NCBI GenBank assembly: GCA_964016885.1 | Contig: OZ024740.1 | Coordinates: forward strand, 373,426,001 to 373,490,000 | DNA length: 64,000 nt | Reading direction: 5' to 3' | Origin: Eledone cirrhosa | Lineage: Eukaryota | Part shown: in pieces, positions 60,788 through 64,000 of the stretch | How positions within the stretch are numbered: position 1 is the stretch's first letter | Layout of the letters: each line of letters begins with the position of its first letter | Made by a program: the position numbers and the translations under genes | The notes under the pieces: model-generated | Seen by the model: only the letters and a program-made list of their open reading frames with translations | Databases searched by the model: none | Told to the model about the DNA's origin: nothing

Positions 60788-62968
60788 GTAGGTGCATTTG
60801 TGTACACATAGCTGTTGTGTAAAATTGTATGTAAATATTCAGGCATATCTATACACCTGCATGTATAATATTGGTTTATATTTGCACGTTCTGCAAATCG
60901 TTTCGGAAATTTGTGGTTTCTGTTACAATCTCACATTCATAAAACACAAGTACTAGATAGATAGATAGATCGATAAATAGATCGATATATAGATAGATAG
61001 TTATATATTTCCACACTTCTTCTTATACTTGGAATAAAATCTCTGCACGTTGTAATTCCACAAATTTATCTCCTCATATCACTTCAAATTACTTTCCCCT
61101 CCAATAGGAATTAACATTAGAAAATACCCCTAACTCCTTAAACTTCACCCCAGCTATACGTTCTCAACGTTCACCGTCCTCATCTCTGAAATATATGGTG
61201 GATACTTTATCAATTTTTTTTGAGACATTTTCCTCTCCGGTAAATTTCTCAATACTGCAACTACCTCAATTCGTTTCAGCCTTCCCTGCAAAACTCATCC
61301 ACCATTTCCGACAACTCCATTGACTTCTTTGTTACTTCCGTTTCTCTTCACCACCCAAACCTTCCAACAACCATATCTATCTTCCACAAATGTACCAACT
61401 CTCTCACGTAACAACGCGTAACTTCCTCCTACCCCGTCGGAGTAGGCGAGTCATTTCTTAGTCCCAGGCTTTTTACACTGTCCTCTGGAAGTCAAACTTT
61501 GAGATCAAACCGGGAATATGACCCATAGTTTCTAGCCAAATCTTATTTGAAACTGCCGCCAAATTTGCCGATCTAGTTGATGGTATTACTACTTTCATAC
61601 CACCTTCAAACTCAAGTGAAACGCCTTTTTCTTCATATGCCATCCCAGCACCGCACATAAAATAATGATCATGTTCTACCACTGCAGTATGACTCAACCA
61701 CACTTCACATTTCAGTTTCCATCATTTGCACCTCATCCCACCTCATCTAATGACTAAGTGGTTCATTGTACCAAGCCTATTACATCGGTGTATCCTATCA
61801 CAGATGGGAAAGCTCACTTTACCGAAATATATCTGTAACAGTTGTTTCAGAATTATTTCCCGTGCCTTTTCGTCACCAAGCGATTCATCAAAATCTTGGA
61901 TATGCTCGGTGTCTCTCTTCATTCACACTCAAACGAGTCTAGATTAAGCTGTCAGAATCAAATTGTCTTCATTTTACACATTTTCAATCCACCTGAACTC
62001 ACGATCCCGGTTCCACTAACCATATACTTACATCTCAAACTCACTCTGTACTTACACATACATAACTGCACTTACACGAAGCTGACTTTAAACTAGCCAC
62101 TTGAGCTACTTCCATTTGTTACTCGTCACTAACTTAACACCCTATGCATACCTATGTCTCCTGCCAATTAACGCAATGTCATAAAAAGCGTACAATAGGC
62201 GTTGTCAAATATGGCCCTCTCTGCGTTTTTTCTACTGCTCTACTCGTTTGCTTCTTGTATCTGACACAAGATACATGGTATTGTCCAAAACAAATTAACT
62301 ATCATTCGCTCATATCTGAGTGTTATATAAATATTCTCAATCGTTACCTTATTCCATCATGATTTTATTTATTTTTTCTGTTCCTTCTCTTCTTTCTCTC
62401 TCTTTCGTAATATATATATTTATATATATATAGGATTAGATGTTAGCCTGTATATTTGCACATAAGTATTTCAAACTAAGTATTTACCGGTACTGTACTC
62501 TATCCTCTTTAAAGTTACCTTTTATTTGATATCAGTTTCCCTTTTATATAAATACTACATATATGTATTATTTATTTATAGTAAGTAACTAGATCACTAC
62601 ATGCTTTAAGGTTGTTTTTAAAAAAGCAACTCATACTACGTCGCTGAATCATTAATTTGGATGAATATTATGCATTTTACTCTAGCGAATGACACATTAC
62701 AAATCGCATTTGATATTCACCTTCATATCACATGGATGTACAAATCATATTTGATTCGAGTATATTTATTTTTCCATTTCCTGCGACGGATTGGACTACA
62801 GAAACTTTTTTTACTATCATTTTGACATATAACAAATTATAACATTTCAAATCATTTCAACTTCTACTTTATATTACTATTGTATTATGCATATACGAAA
62901 GTGATATACGTTTTTTATAAATCTGTGTGATCATAACAATGGAATGTATATTCAGTCACATTATATAT

Positions 62969-63141
62969 TATCGGTAGAGAGTCGGACACCATGCTTTGAA
63001 GCTTAGATTTACGTCGCGTTATGATCTGAGTTCAAATCCCGCCGAGGTTAACTTTGTCTTTCATTCTTACGGGGTCGATAAAATAAAGTACCAGTAATGT
63101 ACTGGGTATTTGCTGGCCTTGTGCCAACAAAATAGAAACAA
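62969..63141 (+). mobile_element. SINE, slightly 5'-truncated
   Basis: B-box and core as in the other copies. Confidence 0.88.
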
Positions 63142-64000
63142 TTATATTTTATAGTGGAAGAAGGCTTTCTTGATTTATATCGTATTGTTCTATTCTTGAC
63201 TTTACCTGCAACATCTTACATGAATAATCATCCCTACTTGGCAAAATGGCAATCGTTCGCATACATTGATTTGACTTTCAGTAGATATCAGCTTTTGTTG
63301 AGTTAATTGAAACTCGATGGGAAAGAATTGCACAAATTATTTGCTGTTTGAATTTTATATATCAGTTTTAACTAGATATATAATTGTATGATATACTCCA
63401 ATATATTTTCCCTTAACAAAAGCATATTTTGTTTAATGTTGAATCATGTAATTATGAATATGAAACTTTTTTTATTGAAAACCTATTAAGTAGAAATATG
63501 TATGCTTTAATAAATGAAGCAACTGGCATCCATAAGACACGTTTAGCTTTAAGTTATGAGCATCATAAATTAGCTTAATAAAAGCAATTATTTTATAAAG
63601 ATATGCTTTGAAAAATTGATAATTTCGACGATTTAGATTTTACGAGTTTTATTGTAATAATAGTTGCAATGAATATGCGATAGATCTAAGCAATAAAATG
63701 CGGGTCAAATAAATTACTATTCATTTTAGTCGTAAATTTGGATTGAAATAAATGTTAATTTTAGGTGATATATTTTATTGGAGACACTTTCAGTATAGAA
63801 TATGAATATTATTATAAATGTATATGCAGATACATTTATAATAATATTCATATTTTGAAAGGTTTGGGTCAAGTGTGTACATATATGTACTTATACGACT
63901 GCGCATCTATTCCAGTTTATACGTGTGTTTGCAAGTGCATAGCAATGTATAAAGTTTCGTAAACACATCATGCCATACATGTTATGCATACATAATACCC

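Noticed and set aside
61000-62100. Possible decayed retroelement ORF1/gag on the minus strand (76-aa ORF)
   Set aside because: No diagnostic motif could be confirmed.

Overview
Repeat-saturated, AT-rich animal genomic DNA. It is probably an octopod cephalopod, inferred from a recurrent tRNA-derived SINE and extreme (TA)n content. No intact host gene is supported, and almost all supplied ORFs ([10 protein letters not shown]) are microsatellite artefacts. The window is a mosaic of (TA)n tracts separated by decayed Penelope-like retroelements (RT and/or GIY-YIG remnants, pLTRs, 5'-inverted copies), three LINE 3' ends (L1/Tx1-, CR1-group- and RTE-like) and five SINE copies. The main result of reading both strands is about 40 complete, variant or decayed type-I hammerhead ribozyme motifs. 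Many lie in short non-coding units of about 340, 400-480, 600-615 and 665 nt. These units are terminally redundant or circularly permuted, carry compensatory stem changes, and in two families have an upstream octamer. They look like several co-existing families of non-autonomous retrozymes inserted in (TA)n. Several hammerheads carry a U3-A8 core covariation or greatly extended stems II/III, and fold-back inversions repeatedly start inside stem/loop II. All folds and alignments were done by eye and element boundaries are approximate.
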